From contig CAYZGA010000001.1 of assembly GCA_964477945.1 (NCBI GenBank), positions 2,008 through 40,144 of the forward strand: a stretch of DNA of 38,137 bases, in the 5' to 3' direction. The notes under the pieces are model-generated. The model worked only from the letters and a program-made list of their open reading frames with translations, was not told the origin of the DNA and made no database searches. This document shows, piece after piece, positions 29,085 through 38,137 of this stretch. This DNA is from an uncultured Halobacteriales archaeon. Its GTDB lineage: Archaea > Halobacteriota > Halobacteria > Halobacteriales > Haloarculaceae. The position numbers were made by a program, and so were the translations under genes. How positions within the stretch are numbered: position 1 is the stretch's first letter; each line of letters begins with the position of its first letter.

Positions 29085-30969
29085 CGGCGACCACCACCAC
29101 TGTCACGTTGTACGCGAAGTGGACGAACATCGCCACGACCACCGTGGCGGTGTACCACCCCCGGCCGCGGCTCGCGCCTACCGCCGAGATGGCCGCCGTG
29201 ACCACGTGCAGGGTCAGCGGCGCGAGCAGGAACAGAACCAGCACCGGCCCGACCACCACGCCACCGAGCAGACCCGCCTCGCCGACCGCCAGCTCCGGTA
29301 ACCCGACCAGCTGTGCCAGCAGTGCGATCTTCTCCGCGATGAAAAAGCCAACCCCGCTCGCGAGCCCGAGCACCAGCGCGGTCCGCAACCCCCTGTCGAA
29401 CCGACCGTGCTCGTAGGCCGCGTAGATGTGGAGACTCTTCGCAATCTCCTCGGTGACGACCACCACCAGCAAAACGAGCAGGATGGCGGCCGAGCCAACC
29501 GCCTCCAGCGGAAAGAGCAGGGCGATGGCGAACAGCTGTGCGACGAACACGAACGGGATGAGCACCGCGGTCATCACGCCGACGTGCCAGCGCGCCCCGA
29601 TGGGACCGGCCAGCGCGTCGAGCACCCGCCCGGGGATGGCCCGCTGTGTGAACATGTCCTCCTCGCGGTAGAGCCCGGCCCCGAGCGCGAAACAGACCCC
29701 GGCCACCAGGAACGGCGGCGTCAGCGAGAACGCGACCGCCGGGAGACTCACCGCCTCCGCCTGGAGGTCACGCACCACCAGCGTCAGCGGCGAGATGAGC
29801 GCAATCTCGTTCACGTCGGTGAAGATCGCCGGCACGAAGGAGTAGGCCGTCAGCCCGACGGTGATACTCACGGTCACGAAGGTGAGCTCCTTGAACGAGC
29901 GGGCGAACATCGCCCCGAGAAACGTTGTCCCGAGAAAGAGCAAGACGAGCGGCGTGACCGCGAGTATCGAGACGAACCCGCCGAGCTGGCCCTGCACCAG
30001 GTAGACCAGTCCCACCGCGAGCGTCGACTCCACCGCCATCGCCCCGAGCACGTACGGCAGTGTCTTGCCGGCGATTATCTCGCCCCGCGTCACCGGCGAG
30101 ACGAGCAACAGCTCCCCGCGTCGCTTGAGCCGCTCCGAGAGAATCGTGCTCCCGTATATCTGGATGAGGAAGTTGAGCGGGATGACGAACAGAAAGGCGA
30201 GCACCAGCGACTGGAACGGGAACGGCGCGCTCAGCTCCGCCGGTGACCCGGTGACGGTGTCACCCGGCAACGGCAACACGTCGCTGAGTGGTCCCTCCGG
30301 CCCGTCGTCTTCGCCGTCGCCGGAACCGCCGTCATCGCCACCGTCGCTATCGCCGCCGCCGCCGGGACCGTCGTCACCGCCACCGTCGCTATCGCCACCG
30401 TCGCCGGGACTGTCGTCACCGCTACCGTCGCCGTCGCTCCCGTCGTCGCCGGGACCGCCACCCGGCCCGTTGCTGCCGGTGCTGTCGTTCGTGGCCTCGT
30501 CGATGAGTTGGCCGATACCGCCCTGCTGGCGGAACCGGAGCGACACCTCGACGGGGAACGCGGCGGTCTGGTTGGTCTCGAGACCGAGCTGTTGCTCGTT
30601 GTACCGGGTAATCGCGTCCCGGAACGCCGTGCGCGCGGCCTCACCTTTGCTCGTGTCTGCGCTCCGTACGCTCCCGGCCTCGTCGACGTACACGTCGACG
30701 TCTCCGTCCTCGAGATCGGCCCTGTCTGCCCCCTCGACAACGACGAACGTGTCGTCGGAGGCCGCAACCTCGTGGTAAGGGCTCGACTCGTCGACGCCGA
30801 CCCGGTAGAGACCGTCCTCGAGTCCGACCCCGGACACCGCGGCGAGTGGGCCGACGAGTACCACCAGTCCGACGGTGAGAGCGACAACCGCGAGCGTGTC
30901 CCGGTCGACGGTCCCGGCACCCTTCGTGACCTCCCAGCGGGCGATACGGAGGAGTTTCCGTGGCCGCAC
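29077..30969 (-). CDS. ABC-2 permease fused to a PrsW-family glutamic-type intramembrane protease
   Basis: Start reassigned to GTG 30969, just after the ATPase stop and with GGAGG upstream. Permease motif ILSERLKRRGELLLVSPVTRGEIIAGK; C-terminal TEEIAK, GFFIAE, LHVV, HFAYN. Confidence 0.85.
   Translation of the reverse strand: MRPRKLLRIARWEVTKGAGTVDRDTLAVVALTVGLVVLVGPLAAVSGVGLEDGLYRVGVDESSPYHEVAASDDTFVVVEGADRADLEDGDVDVYVDEAGSVRSADTSKGEAARTAFRDAITRYNEQQLGLETNQTAAFPVEVSLRFRQQGGIGQLIDEATNDSTGSNGPGGGPGDDGSDGDGSGDDSPGDGGDSDGGGDDGPGGGGDSDGGDDGGSGDGEDDGPEGPLSDVLPLPGDTVTGSPAELSAPFPFQSLVLAFLFVIPLNFLIQIYGSTILSERLKRRGELLLVSPVTRGEIIAGKTLPYVLGAMAVESTLAVGLVYLVQGQLGGFVSILAVTPLVLLFLGTTFLGAMFARSFKELTFVTVSITVGLTAYSFVPAIFTDVNEIALISPLTLVVRDLQAEAVSLPAVAFSLTPPFLVAGVCFALGAGLYREEDMFTQRAIPGRVLDALAGPIGARWHVGVMTAVLIPFVFVAQLFAIALLFPLEAVGSAAILLVLLVVVVTEEIAKSLHIYAAYEHGRFDRGLRTALVLGLASGVGFFIAEKIALLAQLVGLPELAVGEAGLLGGVVVGPVLVLFLLAPLTLHVVTAAISAVGASRGRGWYTATVVVAMFVHFAYNVTVVVVAGV
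30296..30480 (-). repeat. Gly/Asp-rich low-complexity linker with imperfect 39-bp duplication
   Basis: Encodes GDDSPGDGGDSDG-GGDDGPGGGGDSDG; ccaccgtcgctatcgcc occurs twice. Confidence 0.7.
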
Positions 30970-30970
30970 G

Positions 30971-31870
30971 TCAGCCCTCCCGATCTCGGACCCGTTCGGC
31001 ACCCGACCGGGACTGTGCCACGTTCAGGAACACCTCCTCGAGACTGGACTCGTCGGTGCGGATGTCGACGACCGACCCGCCCGCGGCCTCGGCGGCCTCG
31101 CGGGTCGTCTCTACCGCGTCCATACTCTCGACGGCCCGCCGGTAGGTCCCGTTCTCGGCGACGCTTCCCTCCACCTCGACTGTCGTGTAGACGTGGTAGG
31201 TGGTCTCGCCGTGCTCGGCCTGCAGCGTCGCCAGGTCACCCCGCGCGACGATTGCCCCCTCGTTCATGATGACCACCCGGTCACAGATCGACTCCACGTG
31301 AAACAGGTTGTGTGCGCTGAACACGATCGTCTTTCCCTCGGCGGCGAGTTGCTCGGTGAACTCGATGATGTAGTTCGTCGTCAGCGGGTCCAGCCCACTC
31401 GCCGGTTCGTCGTAGATGAGCACCGCCGGGTCGTTGATCAGCGAGCGTGCGATCGCCACCTTTCGTTTCATTCCTTTCGACATATCGCCGATCTGCCGGT
31501 TCCGGCGCTCCAGTTCGAGGTCGTCGAGTGTCTCGTGGATGCGCTCGTCGGCGACACCCGGCGGCACCTCGTAGAGGTCGGCAAAGAACTCCAGATAGGA
31601 GATAGCGGTCATCTCCTCGTAGAGTGGGGACTCCTCGGGGAGAAATCCGAGGTGCTCGCGCATCTCGGTGTTGTCCACGTCGTAGCCGGCGACCCTCGCC
31701 TCCCCCGAGGTGGGGTCCAGCAACCCGGCGAGCATCTTCAGTGTCGTCGTCTTGCCGGCACCGTTCGGCCCAACGACACCGAACACCTCGCCGTCCGCAA
31801 CCTCGAACGTGCTCCCCTCGACAGCGACGAACCCGCCGTACTCCTTGCGCAGGTCCCGGGCCGTTATCAT
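30971..31870 (-). CDS. ABC transporter ATP-binding protein
   Basis: Walker A GPNGAGKT, signature MSKGMKRK, Walker B LIYDEP, H-loop FSAH. Confidence 0.95.
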   Translation of the reverse strand: MITARDLRKEYGGFVAVEGSTFEVADGEVFGVVGPNGAGKTTTLKMLAGLLDPTSGEARVAGYDVDNTEMREHLGFLPEESPLYEEMTAISYLEFFADLYEVPPGVADERIHETLDDLELERRNRQIGDMSKGMKRKVAIARSLINDPAVLIYDEPASGLDPLTTNYIIEFTEQLAAEGKTIVFSAHNLFHVESICDRVVIMNEGAIVARGDLATLQAEHGETTYHVYTTVEVEGSVAENGTYRRAVESMDAVETTREAAEAAGGSVVDIRTDESSLEEVFLNVAQSRSGAERVRDREG

Positions 31871-31919
31871 CTGTCCGTTGTTGTGGGTGGACGGGCCTAA
31901 TCCTTTCCCACTCCGGCGA

Positions 31920-32264
31920 TTAGCGCGCGGCCAGATCCGGACCGCTGTCGATTGCCTCCTTTACCTGGAGGGCGGCACTCGCGGCGAGTCCGACCGCGAT
32001 GTCCTCGCGCTCGTCCTCGCCGATTGCGATGCCACCGTCCAGCGGACAGGTCGCGCTGACCGGCCGCCCCACCGGCGGTCGAACCGCGACTGTCGCCTGT
32101 GGCCCGCCGTTGCCGGTGCTGAGTTCCGACCCGACGACGAACTCGCCGGGGAGTAACTCCCGGGTCCGGGCCGCGACACTCGTGAGGTCCCGGCGAAGGT
32201 GCTTGCGCTGCTCGGCGCTCAACTCCGGTGACGGGTCGTCCCGAACCGAGGAGTTTCCGTACAT
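31920..32264 (-). CDS. Conserved haloarchaeal protein, DUF5811-like
   Basis: Start reassigned to ATG 32264 (MYGN...LRRDLTSVAARTRELLPGEFVVG...GLAASAALQVK), with a TATA box at leaderless spacing. Family recalled from memory. Confidence 0.7.
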   Translation of the reverse strand: MYGNSSVRDDPSPELSAEQRKHLRRDLTSVAARTRELLPGEFVVGSELSTGNGGPQATVAVRPPVGRPVSATCPLDGGIAIGEDEREDIAVGLAASAALQVKEAIDSGPDLAAR

Positions 32265-32289
32265 ATTTCTTCTTTTTAGTCGGTGGCGG

Positions 32290-32297
32290 TATAAAAA
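32290..32297 (-). promoter_or_regulatory. TATA box (TTTTTATA) for the DUF5811-like gene
   Basis: Lies 26-33 nt upstream of ATG 32264. Confidence 0.7.
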
Positions 32298-32362
32298 CCC
32301 GTGGGAGTGTCGCTGCCCGTGTACCGGGACAGGCACACGGAACTGCGGGGGGACCGACCCCC

Positions 32363-34234
32363 TCACAGCGCGACGAGGAGAAACAGCGTCAGCACGGCGG
32401 CGAGCAACAGGACCGAGGTGCCGACGCCGGCACGGAGGTACAGTCGCGAGGGTGTGCCGCCGTCTGCCGGCGGTCGCTCGTCGCCCAGTCTCGGCCGGAG
32501 CGACTCCGGCAGGTACCGACTCGCCCGCAGCACCGCGACGGTTGGGTTCGCCCCGGCCCAGAGACACAGTCGCACGAACCGGACCACCGCCCGGTCGACC
32601 GCCCCGAACAACTCGGTCACGGCGGCGACGGTGCTCCGGCCGCCGTAGAAGAACACGCGGTTGTAGACGAAATCGATGTCGGGAATCCGCCCGACGCGGT
32701 GGAGTGGTCCACGGAGAAGCGCGAACCCGACGAGTCCCACCGCACCGAGTCCGACCCCCTCCGCGAGGTGGGGCACGGTGAACGTGGTGTACTTGAGCTC
32801 ACTCTCGAGTTGCTCCTGTGGGAGCAGTTCGAACAGCAGGTCCGGGAAGACACCGAACAGGATACACAGGCCGGCGACCACACCCATCGCAACGCCCTGC
32901 CCCCGGTTCGCGTCGCGGACGGTCCCGTCGTACTCACCCTCGACGAACGCGAAGTACCCGAGTTTGATAAACGAGAGGAACGTGCCGACACCGCCGAGCA
33001 GGAGCAACCCCCGGAGCAGTTCGAGTTCCTTCTTGTCGGCGGCACCGATTATCATCCCCTTCGAGACAAAGCCGTTGAAGAAGGGAAACCCGGCGATAGA
33101 CAGCGCAGCGACGGTGAACACGCCGGCGGTCAGGGGCATTCGCCGCCAGAGGCCGCCGATGTCGCCGAGGTGTTCCTGCCCCGTGCGGTAGATGATGACG
33201 CCGACGGCCATGAACAGGAGCGCCTTGTAGAGGATGTGGTTGAACACGTGGCCGAACGCGCCGGCGGTCGCCAGCGCGGCGTACTCGCCAGGGTCCGAGG
33301 CGGTGTGGCCCACCGCGAGACCGCCCAGTCCGACCCCTGCGACCATGTAACCCACCTGTGACTGGATGTGATAGGAGAGGAGTCGGCGCATGTCCTTCTG
33401 GAGCAGGGCGACAAAGGCCCCGAAGACGGCCATCGCACCGCCCATGTAGGCGATCCAGAGGTGACCGTCCGGGAACGCGCGGAACATCCCGTAGACGCCG
33501 GTCTTGGTGGTGAACACGCAGAGAAAGACGCTCGCGGCGATGTGCGGGCGCGGGTATGTGTCTGGCAACCAGGCGTGCAGACCGATGAAGCCGACGTTGA
33601 CACCGATACCGACCGCCGCGAGCAGCCCCGGCACCACCGAGTCGGCGGCGAGCATCCCGCCGGTCGCGCCGTCGACGTAGGGGCTGAACACCAGTCCGCC
33701 GGCGTCACCGGCGGCGGTTGCCGGGTCGGCGAGCAGCCAGACGATGGCCGCCAGCAGGAGGCTCCCGCCGATGCCGTGCAGGATGGCGTACCGGTAGCCC
33801 GCCCGGACCGCCCGGCCGCCGTAGTGCCAGACCAGCAGTGTCGAGAAGATAGCCATCAGCTCCCAGAAGAAGATGAGCGTCAGCCAGTCACCCGCGTAGA
33901 CGGTGGCGATACTCACACCGACGTAGGCCAGCGCGAACGCGGTCTGTCGGCTCTCGGCACCGCTGTAGTACGAGTACAGCACCGCCGCCGCGCCGATGAA
34001 CCCGAAGATGAGCCCCATCAGGCGGGAGAACTCGTCGACGTTGAACAGCACGGCGTCGAACGCCCCGAACAGGGTCACCTGCAGGTGGGCACCGTCCGGG
34101 GCCAGCCACGACAGCGACGCGGCGGTCCCGGTGGCCAGCAACCCCACCGCGTGGGCCGGCCGCCGCGGGAGCACCCCCGCGAGCGCCGCCGCGACCAGCA
34201 CGAACACCGCCGGCGGGAGCACGTCGAGCACCAT
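32363..34234 (-). CDS. mrpD: Mrp/Mnh cation:H+ antiporter subunit D-like (third copy)
   Basis: Start reassigned to ATG 34234 (TGATG coupling). FFWELM, LHAWLPDTYP, TKTGVY, LLSYHIQSQVGY, NHILYKALLF, GFVSK. Confidence 0.88.
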   Translation of the reverse strand: MVLDVLPPAVFVLVAAALAGVLPRRPAHAVGLLATGTAASLSWLAPDGAHLQVTLFGAFDAVLFNVDEFSRLMGLIFGFIGAAAVLYSYYSGAESRQTAFALAYVGVSIATVYAGDWLTLIFFWELMAIFSTLLVWHYGGRAVRAGYRYAILHGIGGSLLLAAIVWLLADPATAAGDAGGLVFSPYVDGATGGMLAADSVVPGLLAAVGIGVNVGFIGLHAWLPDTYPRPHIAASVFLCVFTTKTGVYGMFRAFPDGHLWIAYMGGAMAVFGAFVALLQKDMRRLLSYHIQSQVGYMVAGVGLGGLAVGHTASDPGEYAALATAGAFGHVFNHILYKALLFMAVGVIIYRTGQEHLGDIGGLWRRMPLTAGVFTVAALSIAGFPFFNGFVSKGMIIGAADKKELELLRGLLLLGGVGTFLSFIKLGYFAFVEGEYDGTVRDANRGQGVAMGVVAGLCILFGVFPDLLFELLPQEQLESELKYTTFTVPHLAEGVGLGAVGLVGFALLRGPLHRVGRIPDIDFVYNRVFFYGGRSTVAAVTELFGAVDRAVVRFVRLCLWAGANPTVAVLRASRYLPESLRPRLGDERPPADGGTPSRLYLRAGVGTSVLLLAAVLTLFLLVAL

Positions 34235-35985
34235 CAGCCGCTCACCCCCCCGGCGTCGGCCGCTACCTCCTCGGCCACCATCTCGACGAGTTCGAGAAAG
34301 ACCGCCTGAAACGGAACGACCCCGAGCACGACTGCCCCGGTGACGACCACCAGAATGGGACCGAGCATCAGCCACGACCCCTCCGCGCCGGTCCAGCCGA
34401 CCCGCTCCCAGCCACCCGGTCCCGGTCCGCCGTGGTGGCCGTCACCGTCCGGTGCGTGGTCGTCGTGTCCCTCGGTCTTCTGCTGTCCGTCGCTGTGACC
34501 GCCGTCGGTGCGGTGGCCGCCGTCGGCGTGGACAGCGTCGCCCGTTCCGGTGGTGTCAGGTTCGCCGCCGAACGGTCCCTCGACGAGCGGTTTCGAGTCG
34601 GCCCGGTCGTGGGACTCAAAGAAGGCCCCGTAGACGATGGGCCAGAAGTACGCGATATTGAGCACCCCGGAGACCAGCAACACGGCGGCAAACACCGCCT
34701 GCCCGGCGGAGACCGACCCGACGAGCAGGAACCACTTGCTGACGAACCCGGCGACGAGCGGGATACCGGCCATCCCGGCGGCGGCGACGGCAAATGCCAG
34801 CATCGTCAGCGGCATCCGCTTGCCGATACCGTCCATCTCGCTGATGTAGTCGGTGTGGGTCTCGACGTGGATGATGCCCGCACAGAAAAACAGTGTGAGC
34901 TTCATGAACCCGTGGGCGGGGATATGCAGCAGTCCCCCCTTGACGACGTTCTCAACGCCGGCACCCGCGGCGGCCGCCGGACCGACGAGGGCCACCCCGA
35001 GGACGATGTAGGAGAGCTGGCTGACCGTCGAGAACGCCAGCCGGCGCTTGAGCCGGTCTGCTCTGAGCGCGATGATGCTCGCGGCGGTGAGCGTGACTCC
35101 GGCGACCACCGCAAGCGCGATGCCGACACCGAGCTCACTGACCCGCTCGGGGCCGAACACCTCCAGCACGAGCCGTGCGATGCCGAACACGCCGCTTTTG
35201 ACGACTGCGACGGCGTGTAACAGCCCCGACACCGGCGTTGGCGCGACCATCGCGTCGGGGAGCCAGGAGTGTAGCGGCATCAGCGCGGCTTTCACCCCGA
35301 ACCCGGCCGCCAGCAGGGTAAACGCCGCCCGGGCGAGCGCGGGGTCGGCGTTCGCGAGTCCGACCGCACCCTCGACGCCCTGTGCTGTCAGCCCGAAGGT
35401 GGTCGTCCCCGCCAGGTGGAACACGAGTGCCGTCCCCCCGAGAACGAGCACGCCGCCGCCGAGGAACGTGTACGCGAGGTACTTCCGGCCGGCGGCACGG
35501 GCCTCGTCGGTCTCGTCGTGGGCCACGAGCGGGTAGGTCGCCACCGAGAGCAGCTCGTAGAACAGGAAGATGGTGAGCAGGTTCTCCGCGAAGGCGATAC
35601 CGATAGCCGCCGAGAGACTGGCGGCAAAGGCCGCGAAAAAGCGGGTCTGTGAGTGCTCGTCGAGTCCGCGCATGTAGCCGGCCGCGTAGAAGGTGGTACC
35701 GATCCAGAGGAAACTGGCGAGCAGGGCGAATATCATCCCGAGGGCGTCCGCGCGCAGCGCCAGTTCGATGTCGAACACGAACTCCCCCATCGACCAGCGG
35801 TACTCGGTGCCGTCGAGCACCCCCGGCAGCATACTCACCACGACGCCGAACTTCGCGACGGCGGCGAGCACCGACCAGGACTCACGGATGTCCGGTCGGC
35901 GGTGTGAGGCGAGTATCAGCAGGATGGTGACCGCCGAGAGCAACACCGCCAGTATCGGTCGCGGGTCCGCGGTTGCCGGTTCCAT
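34234..35985 (-). CDS. mrpD: Mrp/Mnh cation:H+ antiporter subunit D-like (second copy)
   Basis: ATG 35985 coupled by TGATG. FYELLS, LHSWLPDAMVAPTPVSGLLHAVAVVK, LAFSTVSQ, HGFMKLTLF, GFVSKW; His/Gly-rich loop near the C-terminus. Confidence 0.88.
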   Translation of the reverse strand: MEPATADPRPILAVLLSAVTILLILASHRRPDIRESWSVLAAVAKFGVVVSMLPGVLDGTEYRWSMGEFVFDIELALRADALGMIFALLASFLWIGTTFYAAGYMRGLDEHSQTRFFAAFAASLSAAIGIAFAENLLTIFLFYELLSVATYPLVAHDETDEARAAGRKYLAYTFLGGGVLVLGGTALVFHLAGTTTFGLTAQGVEGAVGLANADPALARAAFTLLAAGFGVKAALMPLHSWLPDAMVAPTPVSGLLHAVAVVKSGVFGIARLVLEVFGPERVSELGVGIALAVVAGVTLTAASIIALRADRLKRRLAFSTVSQLSYIVLGVALVGPAAAAGAGVENVVKGGLLHIPAHGFMKLTLFFCAGIIHVETHTDYISEMDGIGKRMPLTMLAFAVAAAGMAGIPLVAGFVSKWFLLVGSVSAGQAVFAAVLLVSGVLNIAYFWPIVYGAFFESHDRADSKPLVEGPFGGEPDTTGTGDAVHADGGHRTDGGHSDGQQKTEGHDDHAPDGDGHHGGPGPGGWERVGWTGAEGSWLMLGPILVVVTGAVVLGVVPFQAVFLELVEMVAEEVAADAGGVSG

Positions 35986-37748
35986 CACCCGTCCACCTCC
36001 ACCCTCGGTGCCGCGTCGGCGACTGCCTCGGCAACCGGGTCGAGTGCCGTCGACAGTTCGGCCCCGGCAAAGCCGAGCCCGACCGCGAGTACGGCCGCCA
36101 CCAGTGCCAGCGCCACCATACCGGGTGAGGCGCTGCCGCCTCCGTCGGTGGTCACCGTCTCGTCGTTCCCGTCGGTGGTCACCGTCTCGTCGTTCCCGTC
36201 GGTGGTCGCCGTCTCGCCGCCGCCGTCGGTCGCCACCGCGTCACCGGTGTCACCGGTCTGTCCGCGCGTGAAACCCGGCGGTTCCGTGGGCGTGCCGGGC
36301 ACCGTGTCCGTTTCCTGGGTCGGGGCATCGAAGTAGAGTTTCTCGAGCACCCGGGCGGTGTACAGCAGTGAGAGCACCGTGCTGACGAACACGACGGCCA
36401 CGAGCGGCCAGTGACCGGCCTCGACGGCCCCCAGCGCGACGTACCACTTGCCGATGAACCCGACCGTCGGTGGCACGCCGACGAGTGCGAGCGCGAGCGC
36501 GGCCATCCCGCCGGCGAGAAACGGCCGCCGGCGCGCGAGACCGGCGTACTCCTGCACGCGGCGGGCCCCCGTCGCGGCCGCGAGCGCGCCGGCAGTGGCG
36601 AAGAGGCCGCTCTTTATAACCGCGTGACCGACCAGGTGGATACCGACACCGTACACCGCGAACCTCGTCGCCTGCTCCCCCGCGGCCGGGTGGACCGCGA
36701 CGCCGATGCCGATGACGATGAGGCCGAACTGGGCGACAGAGGAGTAGGCGAACATCCGCTTGATGCGGGGTTGCATCGCCGCGAGCGCGCTACCGGCCAC
36801 GACACTCACCGCCGCGAGCGCCAGCAGGAGTTCGAGCACCCGCCGGTTGGCCGCGCCGGCGTCGAAAAACGCCGGCGTGAAGACGAACCAGGTCACCCGC
36901 GCGAGTGCATATGCCGCGGCCGTGGAGGCAAGCGCCGAGATGTACACCGTCACCGTGTCGGGTGCCTCGGCGTAGGCGTCCGGTTGCCAGGTGTGTATCG
37001 GAAAGATGGCGGCTTTCGTCGCGAGTCCAACCGCGACGAACCCGAACGCGGGAACGACCAGCGGGTCCGCGTACAGCGGCCCGTCGACGAACCCGGGTTC
37101 GCCGGCCAGCGTCCGGGAGACGTCGACCATGTTGAGCGCACCCGTCCGGAGAAAGAGATAGCCCACCCCGACGAGGTACAGCGACGCGCCCGTGGTGCCG
37201 ACGACGAGGTACTTCAGAGCGGCGACCGCCGCGGTGTCCGACCGGCCGCTGGCGACCAGCGCGTACGTCGTCAGACCGGATATCTCCAGAAAGACAAAGA
37301 GGTTGAACAGGTCGCCGGTGAGCGCGACACCCATCAGCGCGCCGGTCAGGAGGAGATAGCCGCTGTAGAAGGCGTTGCTCTGTGGACCGCTCCGACGGGC
37401 AAAGGCGAGCACACCGAGCGCCACACCGGCGACCAGCGCCACGAACAGACCAGCGAGCGCGTCCCCGACGAGTTCGATACCGACGGCGAAGTTCTCGGTG
37501 GACTGGCCCGCTACCTCCTCGTTCTTGCGGCCGAAGGTCGTGCCGCCGAGCACGTGTACCACACGGGTCCCCTCGACGACGAGGGTGTACGCGACACGGG
37601 CGGCCAGTCCCGCCTCGACAGCGAGCACCACCGCCGCGACGGCCCACCCGACGCGGTCACGGACGAGTCCGAGCGCCAGCGGCAGCGTCGCGCCGAGAAG
37701 CGGCACCACTATCAGCAGCGCGAGCCCCGTCTCGACCCCCTCACTCAT
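35985..37748 (-). CDS. mrpD: Mrp/Mnh cation:H+ antiporter subunit D (first copy)
   Basis: GDLFNLFVFLEI, KAAIFPIHTWQPDAY, FAYSSVAQ, HAVIKSGLF, PPTVGFIGKW. Confidence 0.9.
   Translation of the reverse strand: MSEGVETGLALLIVVPLLGATLPLALGLVRDRVGWAVAAVVLAVEAGLAARVAYTLVVEGTRVVHVLGGTTFGRKNEEVAGQSTENFAVGIELVGDALAGLFVALVAGVALGVLAFARRSGPQSNAFYSGYLLLTGALMGVALTGDLFNLFVFLEISGLTTYALVASGRSDTAAVAALKYLVVGTTGASLYLVGVGYLFLRTGALNMVDVSRTLAGEPGFVDGPLYADPLVVPAFGFVAVGLATKAAIFPIHTWQPDAYAEAPDTVTVYISALASTAAAYALARVTWFVFTPAFFDAGAANRRVLELLLALAAVSVVAGSALAAMQPRIKRMFAYSSVAQFGLIVIGIGVAVHPAAGEQATRFAVYGVGIHLVGHAVIKSGLFATAGALAAATGARRVQEYAGLARRRPFLAGGMAALALALVGVPPTVGFIGKWYVALGAVEAGHWPLVAVVFVSTVLSLLYTARVLEKLYFDAPTQETDTVPGTPTEPPGFTRGQTGDTGDAVATDGGGETATTDGNDETVTTDGNDETVTTDGGGSASPGMVALALVAAVLAVGLGFAGAELSTALDPVAEAVADAAPRVEVDG
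36142..36232 (-). repeat. 27-bp tandem repeat (9 aa, e.g. NDETVTTDG), 2 perfect + 1 imperfect + partial copy, inside mrpD
   Basis: ccgtcggtggtcaccgtctcgtcgttc at 36142 and 36169, a variant at 36196, a partial copy at 36223. Confidence 0.92.
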
Positions 37749-38109
37749 CGGTGCGCACCTCCCTGAGCGTCTCCTCGTCGAGTGTGCCGTACTCGTCGTA
37801 GATGCGGATGACGAGCGCGAGCGAGACGGCGGTCAGCGCCACCCCGACGACGATTGCCGTCAGCACGATGACCTGCGGCAGCGGGCTCGCGTAGAGGTCG
37901 CCGGCCTCCGCCTCGGCCGGGATGACCGGTGACTGCCCACCGTCGACGAACGCCGCCGTCACGAAAAACAGGAAGATACCCGTCTGGAACAGATTCAGCC
38001 CGATGATCTTCTTGACGAGGTTCGAACTCGCCACCACCATGTAGAGACCGGTCACCAGCAACACCGCGAACAGGATGTACGTGTAGCGACTGGCGAACGT
38101 CTCTATCAC
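37741..38109 (-). CDS. mrpC: Mrp/Mnh cation:H+ antiporter subunit C
   Basis: NLVKKIIGL, PLPQVIVLTAIVVGVA, YDEYGTLD; directly upstream of the mrpD genes. Confidence 0.92.
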   Translation of the reverse strand: MIETFASRYTYILFAVLLVTGLYMVVASSNLVKKIIGLNLFQTGIFLFFVTAAFVDGGQSPVIPAEAEAGDLYASPLPQVIVLTAIVVGVALTAVSLALVIRIYDEYGTLDEETLREVRTDE

Positions 38110-38137
38110 CGCCGGTCACCCCCGCTGTCGCCGGTTC
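38106..38137 (-). CDS. 3' end of upstream operon gene, presumably Mrp subunit B (partial)
   Basis: Frame ...TGDSGGDRR-TGA overlaps the mrpC GTG start (GTGA). Identity inferred only from operon order. Confidence 0.4.
   Translation of the reverse strand, partial: TGDSGGDRR

Overview
GC-rich window from a halophilic archaeon (Halobacteria), inferred from the strongly acidic proteins, archaeal TATA/BRE-type promoters close to start codons, and archaeal class III and Tat-lipoprotein signal peptides. Housekeeping-type genes include an XPB/Rad25-like helicase, dnaJ, a DUF2150-like protein, a degenerate PhzF-like protein, mscS, a 7TM-PAS-PAS histidine kinase, a YdjM-like hydrolase, an ABC exporter whose permease is fused to a PrsW-type intramembrane protease, and the distal part of an Mrp cation/H+ antiporter operon. 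These are interleaved with a cluster of secreted or surface proteins at 109-2277 and 6889-18629. The cluster holds two paralogous pilin-like proteins with a shared N-terminal ~390 aa and different C-terminal tips, a 1629-aa pilin-headed adhesin with ~10 CARDB-like repeats, and a five-PKD Tat lipoprotein divergent from a CRTAC1/ASPIC-UnbV gene followed by a vanadium haloperoxidase-like Tat lipoprotein whose conserved SGH motif reads SSL. The best candidates for an undescribed system are this PKD/CRTAC1/variant-haloperoxidase surface module within a pilin-adhesin island, and the ABC-PrsW fusion operon. No rRNA, tRNA, CRISPR array or transposase was recognised. All family assignments come from motif recognition by eye, not from database searches.
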